Positions 29,654 to 39,224 of a stretch of DNA of 64,000 bases are shown here, piece after piece (within the stretch, counting starts at the first letter, position 1; every line of letters starts with the position of its first letter). Both the position numbers and the translations under genes were made by a program. This DNA is from Chthoniobacterales bacterium (GTDB taxonomy: Bacteria; Verrucomicrobiota; Verrucomicrobiia; Chthoniobacterales; Chthoniobacteraceae): NCBI GenBank assembly GCA_038207335.1, contig JBBQZX010000011.1, forward strand, positions 1-64,000, in the 5' to 3' direction. The notes beneath the pieces are model-generated. The model worked only from the letters and a program-made list of their open reading frames with translations. It was not told the DNA's origin and ran no database searches.

Positions 29654-30828
29654 GGCTGGAGGAGGATCGCGGGGCCGTCTCCCGGCTGCGTGGCGAAGAT
29701 CGTCGCCTCGATGCCTGTGGCGCGGTGGTAGGCGGCTCGGAGAGTTTCGGTCACCTCGCAGATGCGGTCGCTTTTCACCAGCGCCACGCAGCAGCCGCCG
29801 AAGCCGCCGCCAGTCATGCGGCAGCCGTAGATGCCGCGGTCGGGTCCAAGTTCACGGGCTAGATTGACGACCGTGTCGAGTTCGGGGCAGCTCACCTCCA
29901 AGTCGTCGCGCAGGGACGCGTGGCTGGCGCACATGAGGTCGCCGAGCGCGGGCCATTCGCCGCGGCGCAGGGCGGCGACGGCGGCGAGCGTGCGGTCGTT
30001 TTCGGTGACGATGTGGCGGGCGCGGCGGAAGACCCGTTCGGGCATCCGGTCGCGGGCGGCCTCGACGGCTGCCGGGGTCGTATCGCGCAGCTCTTTCACG
30101 CCGAGGATGCGCGCGGCCGCGAAGCAATCGTCCCGGCGCGCCGCGTATCCGCCATCGGTGAGCGCGTGGCGCACCATCGTGTTGATGACCAGCAGCGAGG
30201 CGCCGTTGTCGTGCATCGGTACGAGCTCGTGCGTTAGCGCTTGGCAGTCGATGAGCACCAGCTTGCCGCGCTGGCCGAAGATCACCGTGAACTGATCCAT
30301 GATCCCGCACGGCATCCCCGCGAAAACGTGCTCGGCTTTCTGGCAGAGCAGCGCCTTCCGCACGGGGTCGAGCGTTGTGCCGGTGAGTGCTTCGCCGAGC
30401 GTGGCGGTGGCCACTTCCAGCGCCGCGCTGCTGCTGAGACCGCCGCCGGCGGGGAGGCTTGCGTAGATGAGCGCGTCAAAGCCCGGCACGGCGAGCCCCG
30501 CCTCCAGTAGCCCGGCGACCACGCCGCGCACGTAATTACTCCAGTCCCGTGCCCCCGGCTCGATCGGCAGCGAGAGATCGAACTCCGCGGGCGGCCCGCC
30601 AAACTGCCCGCTCCACACACGCACCTGCCCGTCCGTGCGCGGTCGTGCAGCCATGTAAATCCCCAGCTCGATCGCCAGGGGCAGCACGAAGCCGCCGTTG
30701 AAATCCGTATATTCCCCGATCAGATTCACCCGCCCCGGCGCATACACGAGGTGCGTGGCGTCGTCGCCCGTGCGCTCGCGGAATTGCGCGAGGGCGAGCT
30801 GGGGATGTTCAGCGGAGTCCGGGGACAT
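29650..30828 (-). CDS. galK: Galactokinase
   Basis: APGRVNLIGEYTDFN, GGGLSSSAALE, CGIMDQF, RMTGGGFGG. Confidence 0.93.
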   Translation of the reverse strand: MSPDSAEHPQLALAQFRERTGDDATHLVYAPGRVNLIGEYTDFNGGFVLPLAIELGIYMAARPRTDGQVRVWSGQFGGPPAEFDLSLPIEPGARDWSNYVRGVVAGLLEAGLAVPGFDALIYASLPAGGGLSSSAALEVATATLGEALTGTTLDPVRKALLCQKAEHVFAGMPCGIMDQFTVIFGQRGKLVLIDCQALTHELVPMHDNGASLLVINTMVRHALTDGGYAARRDDCFAAARILGVKELRDTTPAAVEAARDRMPERVFRRARHIVTENDRTLAAVAALRRGEWPALGDLMCASHASLRDDLEVSCPELDTVVNLARELGPDRGIYGCRMTGGGFGGCCVALVKSDRICEVTETLRAAYHRATGIEATIFATQPGDGPAILLQP

Positions 30829-30943
30829 GAGCCACCACTTTTAGCGGAGGGAAAAAATGTTGTCGATGGGGCTTCCGGTCAATCCCTGTAGAAATCCGGT
30901 CACCAACGTGCTATGCAGGTTCCGCTCCCGAGCATTTTCTAAC

Positions 30944-32128
30944 ATGCCGCCCTCACGCCCACTTCAAACTCCCAATGTGGCCCTCCTCGTCGAGACGTCT
31001 CTCGCCTCCGGGCGCGACATTCTCCGCGGCATCGCCCGCTACGTGCGCGAGCGCGGACCGTGGGGGCTTTTCCACGCACCGCATGGCTTGGAGGAATCGG
31101 CTCCCGCGTGGCTGCGGCGGTGGGAAGGTGACGGCATAATCGCGAGAATCACCACGCCAGCATTTGCGCGCCTTTTAAAAGACACCGGATTGCCGGTTGT
31201 GGATGTCCTGGGCATGGTGCCGGACACCGGATTTCCCATCGTGCATGTCGATGATCACGCGATCGCGAGGCTCGGCTTCGAGCACTTCGTCGAGCGCGGG
31301 TTCCGAAAATTCGCGTTCATCGGCGTCGCGGGTCAGACGTGGGCGCGCGGCGGACGCAATTGGTCAGGCTACCGCCGCGACGCATTTTGCGAGCTGGCGG
31401 AAGAGACCGGCAGCACGGCGGCAGTCTTGGAATTCACACGGCGCGAACTGGAGGAAACCTCGTGGGATCAGCGCCAGGACCGCCTCGCGGAGTGGCTGCG
31501 CGAGTTGCCAAAGCCTGTCGGGCTCATGGTCTGCAGCGACCAGCACGGCCTCCATGTCCTCGAGGCTTGCCGCCGTGCCGGGCTCCGTGTGCCGGACCAG
31601 ATCGCGGTCCTCGGCGTCGATAACGACGAACCGCTATGCGAAGTCTGCACGCCGCCGTTGAGCAGCATCCTGCCGGATCACTTCGGAGTCGGCTACCAGG
31701 CGGCGGAGCTGCTGGCGCAGATGATGGGGGTAAAAAAAAACGCATGGGATCACCGGAGCGTCGCTCCGCGCGGAATCGTCACACGGCAGTCGAGCGATGT
31801 GCTGGCAGTGGAGGACGCCGCCGTAGCCGCCGCGCTCGGGATGATCCGCGAGCACGCGTGCGCCGGCATCGGCGTCGATGAGATTGCGCGCGCCGCCGGT
31901 GCCTCACGTAGCGTGCTGCAGCGGCGCTTCAGGGCGGTGCTGGGGCAAAGCATCCACGATCATCTCGTGAGCACGCGGATGAAGCGAGCCGTGGAACTCC
32001 TTTCGAGCACGGAGATGCCGCTGGCCGAAGTGGCCGAGCGGTGCGGCTTCCGGCACCAGGAATACATGGGTGTGGTCTTTCGCGAGCGGCTGGGGAAGAC
32101 ACCGGCACAGTGCAGGCGCGGCCGGTAG
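30944..32128 (+). CDS. XylR-type regulator (periplasmic-binding-protein-like sensor plus AraC HTH)
   Basis: GIARY, LPKPVGLMVCSD, IAVLGVDND, C-terminal AraC HTH; divergent from galK. Confidence 0.92.
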   Translation: MPPSRPLQTPNVALLVETSLASGRDILRGIARYVRERGPWGLFHAPHGLEESAPAWLRRWEGDGIIARITTPAFARLLKDTGLPVVDVLGMVPDTGFPIVHVDDHAIARLGFEHFVERGFRKFAFIGVAGQTWARGGRNWSGYRRDAFCELAEETGSTAAVLEFTRRELEETSWDQRQDRLAEWLRELPKPVGLMVCSDQHGLHVLEACRRAGLRVPDQIAVLGVDNDEPLCEVCTPPLSSILPDHFGVGYQAAELLAQMMGVKKNAWDHRSVAPRGIVTRQSSDVLAVEDAAVAAALGMIREHACAGIGVDEIARAAGASRSVLQRRFRAVLGQSIHDHLVSTRMKRAVELLSSTEMPLAEVAERCGFRHQEYMGVVFRERLGKTPAQCRRGR

Positions 32129-32172
32129 ATGTGAGGTTGATCGGATTTTCAAAAAGATCGCCGACTCAGCAT

Positions 32173-32206
32173 AAAAAAGCGGCCCCGGATCGTCTCCGGG
32201 GCCGCT
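32173..32206 (-). terminator. Intrinsic terminator downstream of the cytochrome gene
   Basis: AGCGGCCCCGGA/TCCGGGGCCGCT stem with an A6 run, which is a U-tract on the minus strand. Confidence 0.75.
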
Positions 32207-32233
32207 GTGAAACTACGTGATGCGTGATTCCGC

Positions 32234-32665
32234 TTATTTCTCGTCGTCTGGCGCGAAGTCCTTGTGGCCCTTCTCTTTTTGATCCGAAACCTTGTCGAAC
32301 ATCGCCTTCGCCTCGTCCGACTTGTCCGCTTTCACGGCCGTCTCGATCTCGTCGTAGGTCTTCTTCAACGCCGCGAGTTCGTCTTTGTATTTGGCGAGGT
32401 AAGCCGCCTTGTCCGCCGCCGGGACGTCCTTCGTCTTTGTCGGCTCCAGTTTCGCAGCGTCATCGGTGCTCTTCTTCATCTTCTCGAGCAGTGCGACGTT
32501 GTCCTCTTTTTTCGAAGCATCGCCGATCTGCTTCTTGAGCATTTTCCAGCTCTTGTTCATCGCAGACATTTCTTTCTCCAAAGGCGTTTCGTCTTCGGCA
32601 GCGACGGCAACGTGAAAGCCGAGCGACAGCACGGCGGTGAGGGTGAGAAGCGTTTTGAATTTCAT
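32234..32665 (-). CDS. Soluble cytochrome b562-like four-helix protein
   Basis: Signal peptide; LEKEM near the N-terminus and GHKDF at the C-terminus match the Met/His heme ligand positions of b562. Confidence 0.7.
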   Translation of the reverse strand: MKFKTLLTLTAVLSLGFHVAVAAEDETPLEKEMSAMNKSWKMLKKQIGDASKKEDNVALLEKMKKSTDDAAKLEPTKTKDVPAADKAAYLAKYKDELAALKKTYDEIETAVKADKSDEAKAMFDKVSDQKEKGHKDFAPDDEK

Positions 32666-32766
32666 GGGTTTGTAGTGGGATTGATTTTTGAAAAAAAGTC
32701 GGCGAACCCGCCGGCCTCGTTGCCGGTCATTGACGCCTCGAGCGCCGGATTAAGTCAAAATTTCTT

Positions 32767-35700
32767 TCACTCCGAACGCAGCGCCGCGATGCGGCTCCCG
32801 CGCAGCGCGAGCCGCGTCGCGAGCCAGACCCAGAAGACACATCCCGCCGCGAGCGCCGCGACAAGCAGCGACATCTCCGCGAGCGGAAAGCCGCCCGCGC
32901 GCTCTCTTAAGCCGGGCCACACCGCGAGCAGCGCGCTCCCGACACCGATCACGAGCCCGCAAATGATGAGCCAGCGATGCTCCGCGAAAACGAGCCGTCG
33001 CAACTGCCGCGGTCGAAATCCCACCGCTTCGAGAAGCCCGAATTCACTGCGTCGCTCGAGCACATTTCTGCCGACGACGATCGCGAGCCCCGCGCTCCCG
33101 AGAAGCAGCCCGAGCCCGCCGAGCACTTGGAAAATTGAGAGATAAGTATTCTCGACAGCCTGAAATTCCGCAAGCCGCCGCCACGCCAGAGTCACCGCAA
33201 ATCCGCGATCCTGCAGCGCGCGCGACAGTTCCCGAGCAACAGCCTCGCTCCCATTGGCGCCTTCGACGTTCGGCGCATCGACGAGGAAAAATCGGTATCC
33301 GCCATGCCCCGGAAATTTTTCGATGAAGTGCTTTTCCGAGATCACGACATCGCCCTGCAAAATCGAGCCCGCAAGCGTCGCGACGAGCCGCACCTCGAAT
33401 GGCTGACCGCGCTCATCTTGATACGTGAGCGTATCACCCAGCTTTTTCTGCAAAGCCCATTGTAACGTTGCTTGATCGACGATTCCCGGGATCGCGTTGT
33501 CGCCCTTCGTGTCGTCGTCGAGCTGTTCCCAACCGGATTTCGCATCGGAAAAATGGAACCGCGATTGCAGATCACCCGGCTTCACGCCGAGCAGCCGCGG
33601 ATGCAGCGCGCGATTGAGATTCAGGCAGCTCGCGTCGTCGCCAGCGAGCACGCGCATGGGCATCACACTCACTCCTGCCATCGTCTTTTCATCCAAGGCA
33701 AAGGATTCGCGGCCCTTGTCCGAATTCAGATCGTCGTAAATCGGCAGCGCCGATTCGCCCACAAGCGCGAAGCCCCCGGTCCCCGAGTCGCGCTCCATCG
33801 TCGCGCCCTGCGGTCGCTGGCGAAACGAATCGACCGCCACCACGATGAACACGCCGCTCGCCAATACGGCGATCGTCGCGAGGCTCCGTCCGCGCCGTCG
33901 CGCGGCATTGCGCGCGCCGAGTTGCGCAATGCTTTTCAGGCTTCCGTCCGCGACAGCCGCGCATCGAAGCCTCGCCAGCGCCAGGAGACATCCCCCGATC
34001 AGGAGCAGCGAGCCTGCGCCAAAAAACGCCTCCGCGCCAGACGCCGTGAACGCCAGTGCCAACGCGCCAAGAATGCCGACCACGCCACCGATGAGCGGCA
34101 GTCCCGGAATTTTTGAAACCGCGGAATTCGCGGAGGATGGTTGACGTTCGGATGAAGAAACCGACGCGTCTGTCTCGCTGATTTTCCGAGCTGCCACTTC
34201 GGATCTCTTCTTTTTCCGCCATCCGCGCGCGTCCGCGAACTCCGCGGACGTCCCTCCGAGCAGTTCCCGCGCGCTATGCCGAAACAGCCGGCGGCTCGCG
34301 AACCACATCGCCAGCAGCGCGATCAGCATGCCGGAGATAACGCCAATCGCGAGCGTCATCATGCCTGGCGCAAATACGAAATCCGTCGTGCCGACCGCAC
34401 CGCGCCAGATCGTGGCGAGCGCGCGCAGCACGAGCCTTGTGTAGATCAATGCGGCTGCGACACCCGCGACGCTCCCGATCACGGACAGCGCCGCGCCTTC
34501 AAAAAGAAACACGCGCCGCACCTGCCAGGGACGCCAACCGAGGCCGAGCAGCAGCCCTGCCTCCGCGCGACGCTGCTCGATCGAGAAGACGAAAAGCAAC
34601 CCCGTAAGCACCGCCGCCGCGACGATGAGGAAAAACGAAAAGCTCACGAACAACTGGCCAAAATCGACTGGCGCATCCGTCGCACCGAGCGCCTGCTGGC
34701 GCAGCGGGATGAAGCTCATGCCCGCCTGCTCCGGCGTCAGCTTCGCGAGGATTTGCGACGCGATCGCCTTCGCATCCGCGGGTGCCCGATATCGGATCGC
34801 GGTCAGCTCCCCCCAGCGATTCGCCCACATTTGCTGACCCATCGCGATGTTCACGAATGCCTTTGGTGTGCCGCGATATTTGTCCCAATACGCCTCGTCC
34901 TTGTCGCGAAATTTGCTCACGTCCATTTCAAAGCCGGGCTCCCATTCCCGGCAGCTTTTCTTGTCCGTGAGGCCGGGGAAATCGGGCATCCACGAGCCAT
35001 CGAGCTGCGGCTCATCCAGCGGCAAAATCGAGAGCACGGTGAACTCTCGCGACTTCTCCGTGAGCTCACGCCGCTCGCCCATCACGAAATATTTCAGCGT
35101 CACGCGGTCGCCGCTTTTCGCGCCGAGATCATCGGCGAGCCATTGGTTCAGGACGATCTCATCGTCCGCGAGTTCCGCCGGGAGAAAACCGCACGCTGCT
35201 GCGTCGATCGCCGTCACCATCGAGTAAGGCGTGCTCTTCTCGCCAACGCGGAGTTCGTTCACCAAATAAGTCAGCACATCGATCCCGCGCGGCGCGGCTT
35301 CGATGACCGGGTGATCGAGAAAAACGCGGCTCGTGCGAAGCTCTACACCTGCACTTTTTTCGAGCGGGCGCAGCTCGAGCGCGGCGTCTTCGAGCGAAAA
35401 CTGAGCGGTGACTGAGTCGCGGAAAGTTTCAGCGCGATCCTTCGCTTCCAGAAGGATCACATTCGCCTTTCCCGTCTCACCGATTTTCCCCTGCACGTCT
35501 GCGAGCGGCGCGAACACGCTGAAAGGCGGCACTTGGCTGGCGTTGAACGCGAAGCGTCCGAACTCTTGATCGCCGACCACGCGCGCGATTTTCACCCGCA
35601 CCGCGATCAACGCGTTCTCCTCGCCGGAGAGCGGTGCATCGCGTGAAAAGGCTGACGGCTTCTCGAGCCGCACAATGACCGTGTCACCGACCACGACGCC

Positions 35701-36126
35701 GAGTTGACGTGCGGTGCGCTCATTGATCGCGATGGTGCCCGGCGGCAGTTCAACCGCGGCTCTACTCGGCGACAGTTTCCAAAAGCGCTCATCCACGCCG
35801 AGCAGTTGCGCGACGTTCACGCGAGCCGAGCCATCTGCTCGTGCGACGCTTGCGCGCAGCATCAACAGCGGTGCCAATGGAATACGGCCGGGCGATTGAA
35901 TTGCGTCGGCAAGGCTGGCGCGGAAAAGGCGTTCGCCGCCGACGAATGCAAAATCCACGCGTCCGACGCGTAACTCCGCCTGCCGTCGCAGCGTCGCTTT
36001 CACCGAATCACCCACGAGCAGCGAGCCCGTGAGCACCATCGCGCCTAGCGCCGCTCCGAGCACGACGCCGATATGCGTGCGCCAGTAAAAGCCGAGGCTC
36101 CGGCGGATGAGCGTCGCGGCACTCAT
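32767..36126 (-). CDS. Large duplicated MacB/FtsX-type ABC permease (1119 aa)
   Basis: Two FtsX-like repeats (EQRRAEAGLLLGLGW; LERRSEFGLLEAVGF) with large periplasmic loops. Confidence 0.9.
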   Translation of the reverse strand: MSAATLIRRSLGFYWRTHIGVVLGAALGAMVLTGSLLVGDSVKATLRRQAELRVGRVDFAFVGGERLFRASLADAIQSPGRIPLAPLLMLRASVARADGSARVNVAQLLGVDERFWKLSPSRAAVELPPGTIAINERTARQLGVVVGDTVIVRLEKPSAFSRDAPLSGEENALIAVRVKIARVVGDQEFGRFAFNASQVPPFSVFAPLADVQGKIGETGKANVILLEAKDRAETFRDSVTAQFSLEDAALELRPLEKSAGVELRTSRVFLDHPVIEAAPRGIDVLTYLVNELRVGEKSTPYSMVTAIDAAACGFLPAELADDEIVLNQWLADDLGAKSGDRVTLKYFVMGERRELTEKSREFTVLSILPLDEPQLDGSWMPDFPGLTDKKSCREWEPGFEMDVSKFRDKDEAYWDKYRGTPKAFVNIAMGQQMWANRWGELTAIRYRAPADAKAIASQILAKLTPEQAGMSFIPLRQQALGATDAPVDFGQLFVSFSFFLIVAAAVLTGLLFVFSIEQRRAEAGLLLGLGWRPWQVRRVFLFEGAALSVIGSVAGVAAALIYTRLVLRALATIWRGAVGTTDFVFAPGMMTLAIGVISGMLIALLAMWFASRRLFRHSARELLGGTSAEFADARGWRKKKRSEVAARKISETDASVSSSERQPSSANSAVSKIPGLPLIGGVVGILGALALAFTASGAEAFFGAGSLLLIGGCLLALARLRCAAVADGSLKSIAQLGARNAARRRGRSLATIAVLASGVFIVVAVDSFRQRPQGATMERDSGTGGFALVGESALPIYDDLNSDKGRESFALDEKTMAGVSVMPMRVLAGDDASCLNLNRALHPRLLGVKPGDLQSRFHFSDAKSGWEQLDDDTKGDNAIPGIVDQATLQWALQKKLGDTLTYQDERGQPFEVRLVATLAGSILQGDVVISEKHFIEKFPGHGGYRFFLVDAPNVEGANGSEAVARELSRALQDRGFAVTLAWRRLAEFQAVENTYLSIFQVLGGLGLLLGSAGLAIVVGRNVLERRSEFGLLEAVGFRPRQLRRLVFAEHRWLIICGLVIGVGSALLAVWPGLRERAGGFPLAEMSLLVAALAAGCVFWVWLATRLALRGSRIAALRSE

Positions 36127-36166
36127 CTGGCGTGAGTTGCGGCTCTTGGGAGCGCGCTTCGCATTC

Positions 36167-36850
36167 TCATTTTTGCTCCTCGAGTTTCCCGTCCACGATC
36201 TCGAAAACGCGCTGCATCCGCCGCGCGATTTCCTGCGCGTGCGTGACCACTATGAGCGTCACACCGCGCGCTTTGTTGAGCTCCACAAGCAAGTCGATGA
36301 GCCGCTCCGCGGAGACGCGATCGAGCGCCCCGGTCGGCTCGTCCGCGAGCAACAACTTCGGTTCGTTGATGAGCGCGCGCGCCACCGCCACACGCTGGCG
36401 CTCACCGCCGGAAAGCTCGCCGGGCCGATGAGCGAGGCGACGCCCGAGTCCGACACTTTCCAGCAAATTCTCCGCGCGCTTTTTCAACACCGCGTTATCG
36501 CAGCCACTGCGCGCGAGCGTCGGGATGAGCACGTTCTCCAAAATCGTGCACTGCGGCAGCAGGTGGTGGAGCTGGAAAATAAACCCGACGGTTTCATTCC
36601 GAAACGCTGCGACCGCGCGTTCATCGAGCTGAGAAATGTCGCGCCCATCGACTTTCACCGAGCCCGAGTCCGCATGATCGAGCGCGCCCACGATGTTGAG
36701 CAACGTGCTCTTTCCAGAGCCCGAAGGCCCGAGAATCGCCGCCGTCTCGCCCGCAGCGAGCTGCCAATTCACATCGCGCAGCACCGCGACGGCGTCGCCG
36801 CCATCCGGCGCGCGATACGTTTTTGAGAGGTCGGTTATTTCGAGGAGCAT
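36167..36850 (-). CDS. LolD/MacB-type ABC ATP-binding protein
   Basis: GPSGSGKST, LSGGERQRVAVARAL, LADEPTG, VVTH. Confidence 0.95.
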   Translation of the reverse strand: MLLEITDLSKTYRAPDGGDAVAVLRDVNWQLAAGETAAILGPSGSGKSTLLNIVGALDHADSGSVKVDGRDISQLDERAVAAFRNETVGFIFQLHHLLPQCTILENVLIPTLARSGCDNAVLKKRAENLLESVGLGRRLAHRPGELSGGERQRVAVARALINEPKLLLADEPTGALDRVSAERLIDLLVELNKARGVTLIVVTHAQEIARRMQRVFEIVDGKLEEQK

Positions 36851-36873
36851 GGGTTTAGATTCAGCGATCGCGT

Positions 36874-38094
36874 TCACAAGTTCACCCATCGCTTCGCTTT
36901 CATTTCGAATCGCGGCAGCGTTCCGCTCGCGACCCGCCTCGCGGGAATCCGCAGCGTGAACGCCTGCGTCAGTGCACGCTCCAACTCGCGCGGCGCATCA
37001 TCATCGGGGCATTCGATCGCGATCGCGACCTCCGCCATTGCGCCGCGCCGCGAGACCTCCACACGATACTCCGCGATGCTCGGCATTGCGCGCACGACCG
37101 CATCGACGGCGCTCGGGTAAATGTTCACGCCGCGCACGACGATCATGTCGTCGGCGCGTCCGATGATTCCGCCATCTAGCGTGAAACTATCCACGCCCGG
37201 AATACGCCGCACGAGGTCGCCGGTGCGGTATCGCAGGAGCGGCGAAGCGGAGCGTCCAAGCGGCGTCAGCACCAGTTCGCCGATGTCGCCGATCGCTATC
37301 TGCTGGCCGGTTTCCGGCTGAATGACCTCCGCAAAATACGACTCGTCGATCACCGTCTGCGAAGCCGGATGCGCAGCATCTTCAAACGCCACTGGGCCGA
37401 CCTCCGTCATGCCGTAGTGGTCGATCACTCGCGCGCCATTCCACGCCACCGAGATGCGCTCGCGCAAATGCACCACGCTGCCGCCGGGCTCGCCTGCGAC
37501 GATGATTTTCCTCACCGCGGAACCGCCGAGATCGATCCCCTCTGCGCGCGCCGTTTCGGCCAGATGCAGCGCGTAAGTCGGCGTGCACAAAAGCACCGTC
37601 GCCTCCTGCTGGATGATCGCGCGAACCCGTGCCGCACTGCCGAGCCCGCCGCCAGGGATCGCGAGAAATCCGAGCTTTGTCGCCGCCTCGAACGCGGTCC
37701 AAAAACCGAGGAACGGCCCGAACGAAAACGCGAAGTAGATGCGGTCTCCAAAGGCCACTCCGGCGGCGCGATAAATGTGCGCCCAATTTCCGAGCAGCCA
37801 CTCCCAGCTCTCGCTCGTATCGAGCCACACAAGCGGGCACCCGGTCGTGCCCGTCGTCTGACAGAAGCGCGTGTAGCGCTCGACAGGAAAAGTGAGGTTC
37901 GTGCCGTACGGCGGATATGCCGCCTGATCCGCGACTAGTTCGCTTTTCCTGGTGAAAGGGACGCGAGCCGAGAAATCCTCAGCGCTCGCGAGATTCTCAG
38001 CGGTCACTCCGCACTCCGCGAGCCGAGCCGTGTAAAAGCGATTTCCCGGCGTGATCGCGGCAATGATCGCGCGAAGTTTCTCGAGCTGCTTCAT
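36874..38094 (-). CDS. Phenylacetate-CoA ligase (PaaK) family aryl-CoA ligase
   Basis: TTGTTG.P, GEPGGS, DHYGMTEVG, LRYRTGD, GRADDMIVVRGVNIYPS, KAKR. Confidence 0.9.
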   Translation of the reverse strand: MKQLEKLRAIIAAITPGNRFYTARLAECGVTAENLASAEDFSARVPFTRKSELVADQAAYPPYGTNLTFPVERYTRFCQTTGTTGCPLVWLDTSESWEWLLGNWAHIYRAAGVAFGDRIYFAFSFGPFLGFWTAFEAATKLGFLAIPGGGLGSAARVRAIIQQEATVLLCTPTYALHLAETARAEGIDLGGSAVRKIIVAGEPGGSVVHLRERISVAWNGARVIDHYGMTEVGPVAFEDAAHPASQTVIDESYFAEVIQPETGQQIAIGDIGELVLTPLGRSASPLLRYRTGDLVRRIPGVDSFTLDGGIIGRADDMIVVRGVNIYPSAVDAVVRAMPSIAEYRVEVSRRGAMAEVAIAIECPDDDAPRELERALTQAFTLRIPARRVASGTLPRFEMKAKRWVNL

Positions 38095-38127
38095 CGGCTC
38101 GCGGCGGATGCCTAGGCCATCGGCGTG

Positions 38128-38697
38128 CTACGCGCTTGGCTGCTCCGCGGCCGGCGGCATGGGGAAAGGCTTGTGTGGAACTGCAGCGGGTTTGTAGAGC
38201 GTGACGAGACAGCCCCCCGCCGCAGCCAGCGCGATGCCGAGCCAGAACGGCAGCGGGATCGTGCCCCAGCCGCCGGCAGGTGGATCTTTGATCAAGGCCA
38301 CCGCAGCATTCACGATCGGAGCGCCCGCAAAAATGATGCTCATGATGACCGGCACATAAGCCGCCGTCTGCCCCTTCGGAGCCGCGCCAAATGCGAGCAG
38401 CACGCCAAACGCCCCGATCGCTCCCGCGACGCCCGCGATCAGCGACCACCAAGCCCCGGTGGCCGGGAACGACCAAGTCGCGCCGTTCATTTTCAGCACC
38501 GCCAGCGGCGCGAGCACGGCGACGAGAAAGTAGGCGACGCCGACCAGCAAAAAGGCTTTATAGCGGCCATTCGCCTGGTCGCTCATGCCCATCTGCCCGA
38601 TGTGCAGAAGGATGCCATAGACGCCCCACATCACGACGGTGAGGAAGGCGAAGGCGAGCCAGGTGAGGGAACTTTGTGGAGCGTTGGTCGGTGGCAT
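38128..38697 (-). CDS. Small membrane protein (possibly DMT/EamA-like)
   Basis: About five hydrophobic helices; WGVYG, APIVN. Confidence 0.7.
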   Translation of the reverse strand: MPPTNAPQSSLTWLAFAFLTVVMWGVYGILLHIGQMGMSDQANGRYKAFLLVGVAYFLVAVLAPLAVLKMNGATWSFPATGAWWSLIAGVAGAIGAFGVLLAFGAAPKGQTAAYVPVIMSIIFAGAPIVNAAVALIKDPPAGGWGTIPLPFWLGIALAAAGGCLVTLYKPAAVPHKPFPMPPAAEQPSA

Positions 38698-38747
38698 TTT
38701 GGTTTGAGGTTTTGGTGCTTGTAAAAAGTCGGAATCGTCCGGTTGGC

Positions 38748-39212
38748 TTAGGCACTTCCTGCGCCCGCGAATGGCTTCAAGAGTGCCTCGGGAGCCGGTT
38801 CGATCTTTGCGCGGATGCTCGCCGGCACAGGCACGGGCATGAGCCGGCCGGTCGCCTCATCCACCCGCGCGCAGACCGCCGCGATCGACCCGCGCGCGAT
38901 CTCGAGGCCGTCGGAGACTTTGCGAAAAATGAACTGGTAACGGATCGAGCGGGACCGGACCTCCGCGACCAGCAGATGAATTTCCACCTCATCCTCGAAG
39001 CGCAGCGGCCGCATGTAATCGCAAGCAGCGTGGACTCGCGGCCAGCCAGTCGTGCCGCCCTCCCCCGCGCCGTGGATCGAGAAACCGAGCGAGCGGAAAA
39101 ACGAGTGCTCCGCCGCCTCCATCATGCGGAAAAAATTCGCGAAATGGACGATGCCCGCCATGTCGGTTTCCGCGAACTCGACGCGGTGGATGTGCTTGAA
39201 CTCGTAGGGCAT
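38748..39212 (-). CDS. Hot-dog acyl-CoA thioesterase (4-HBT/YbgC family)
   Basis: RVEFAETDMAGIVHFANFFRMME; DYMRPLRFED. Confidence 0.92.
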   Translation of the reverse strand: MPYEFKHIHRVEFAETDMAGIVHFANFFRMMEAAEHSFFRSLGFSIHGAGEGGTTGWPRVHAACDYMRPLRFEDEVEIHLLVAEVRSRSIRYQFIFRKVSDGLEIARGSIAAVCARVDEATGRLMPVPVPASIRAKIEPAPEALLKPFAGAGSA

Positions 39213-39224
39213 CGCCGAAGCAGA

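Noticed and set aside
36874..39212. Phenylacetate catabolism (paa) operon
   Set aside because: No paaABCDE, paaZ or beta-oxidation genes; the neighbours are biosynthetic and export genes.
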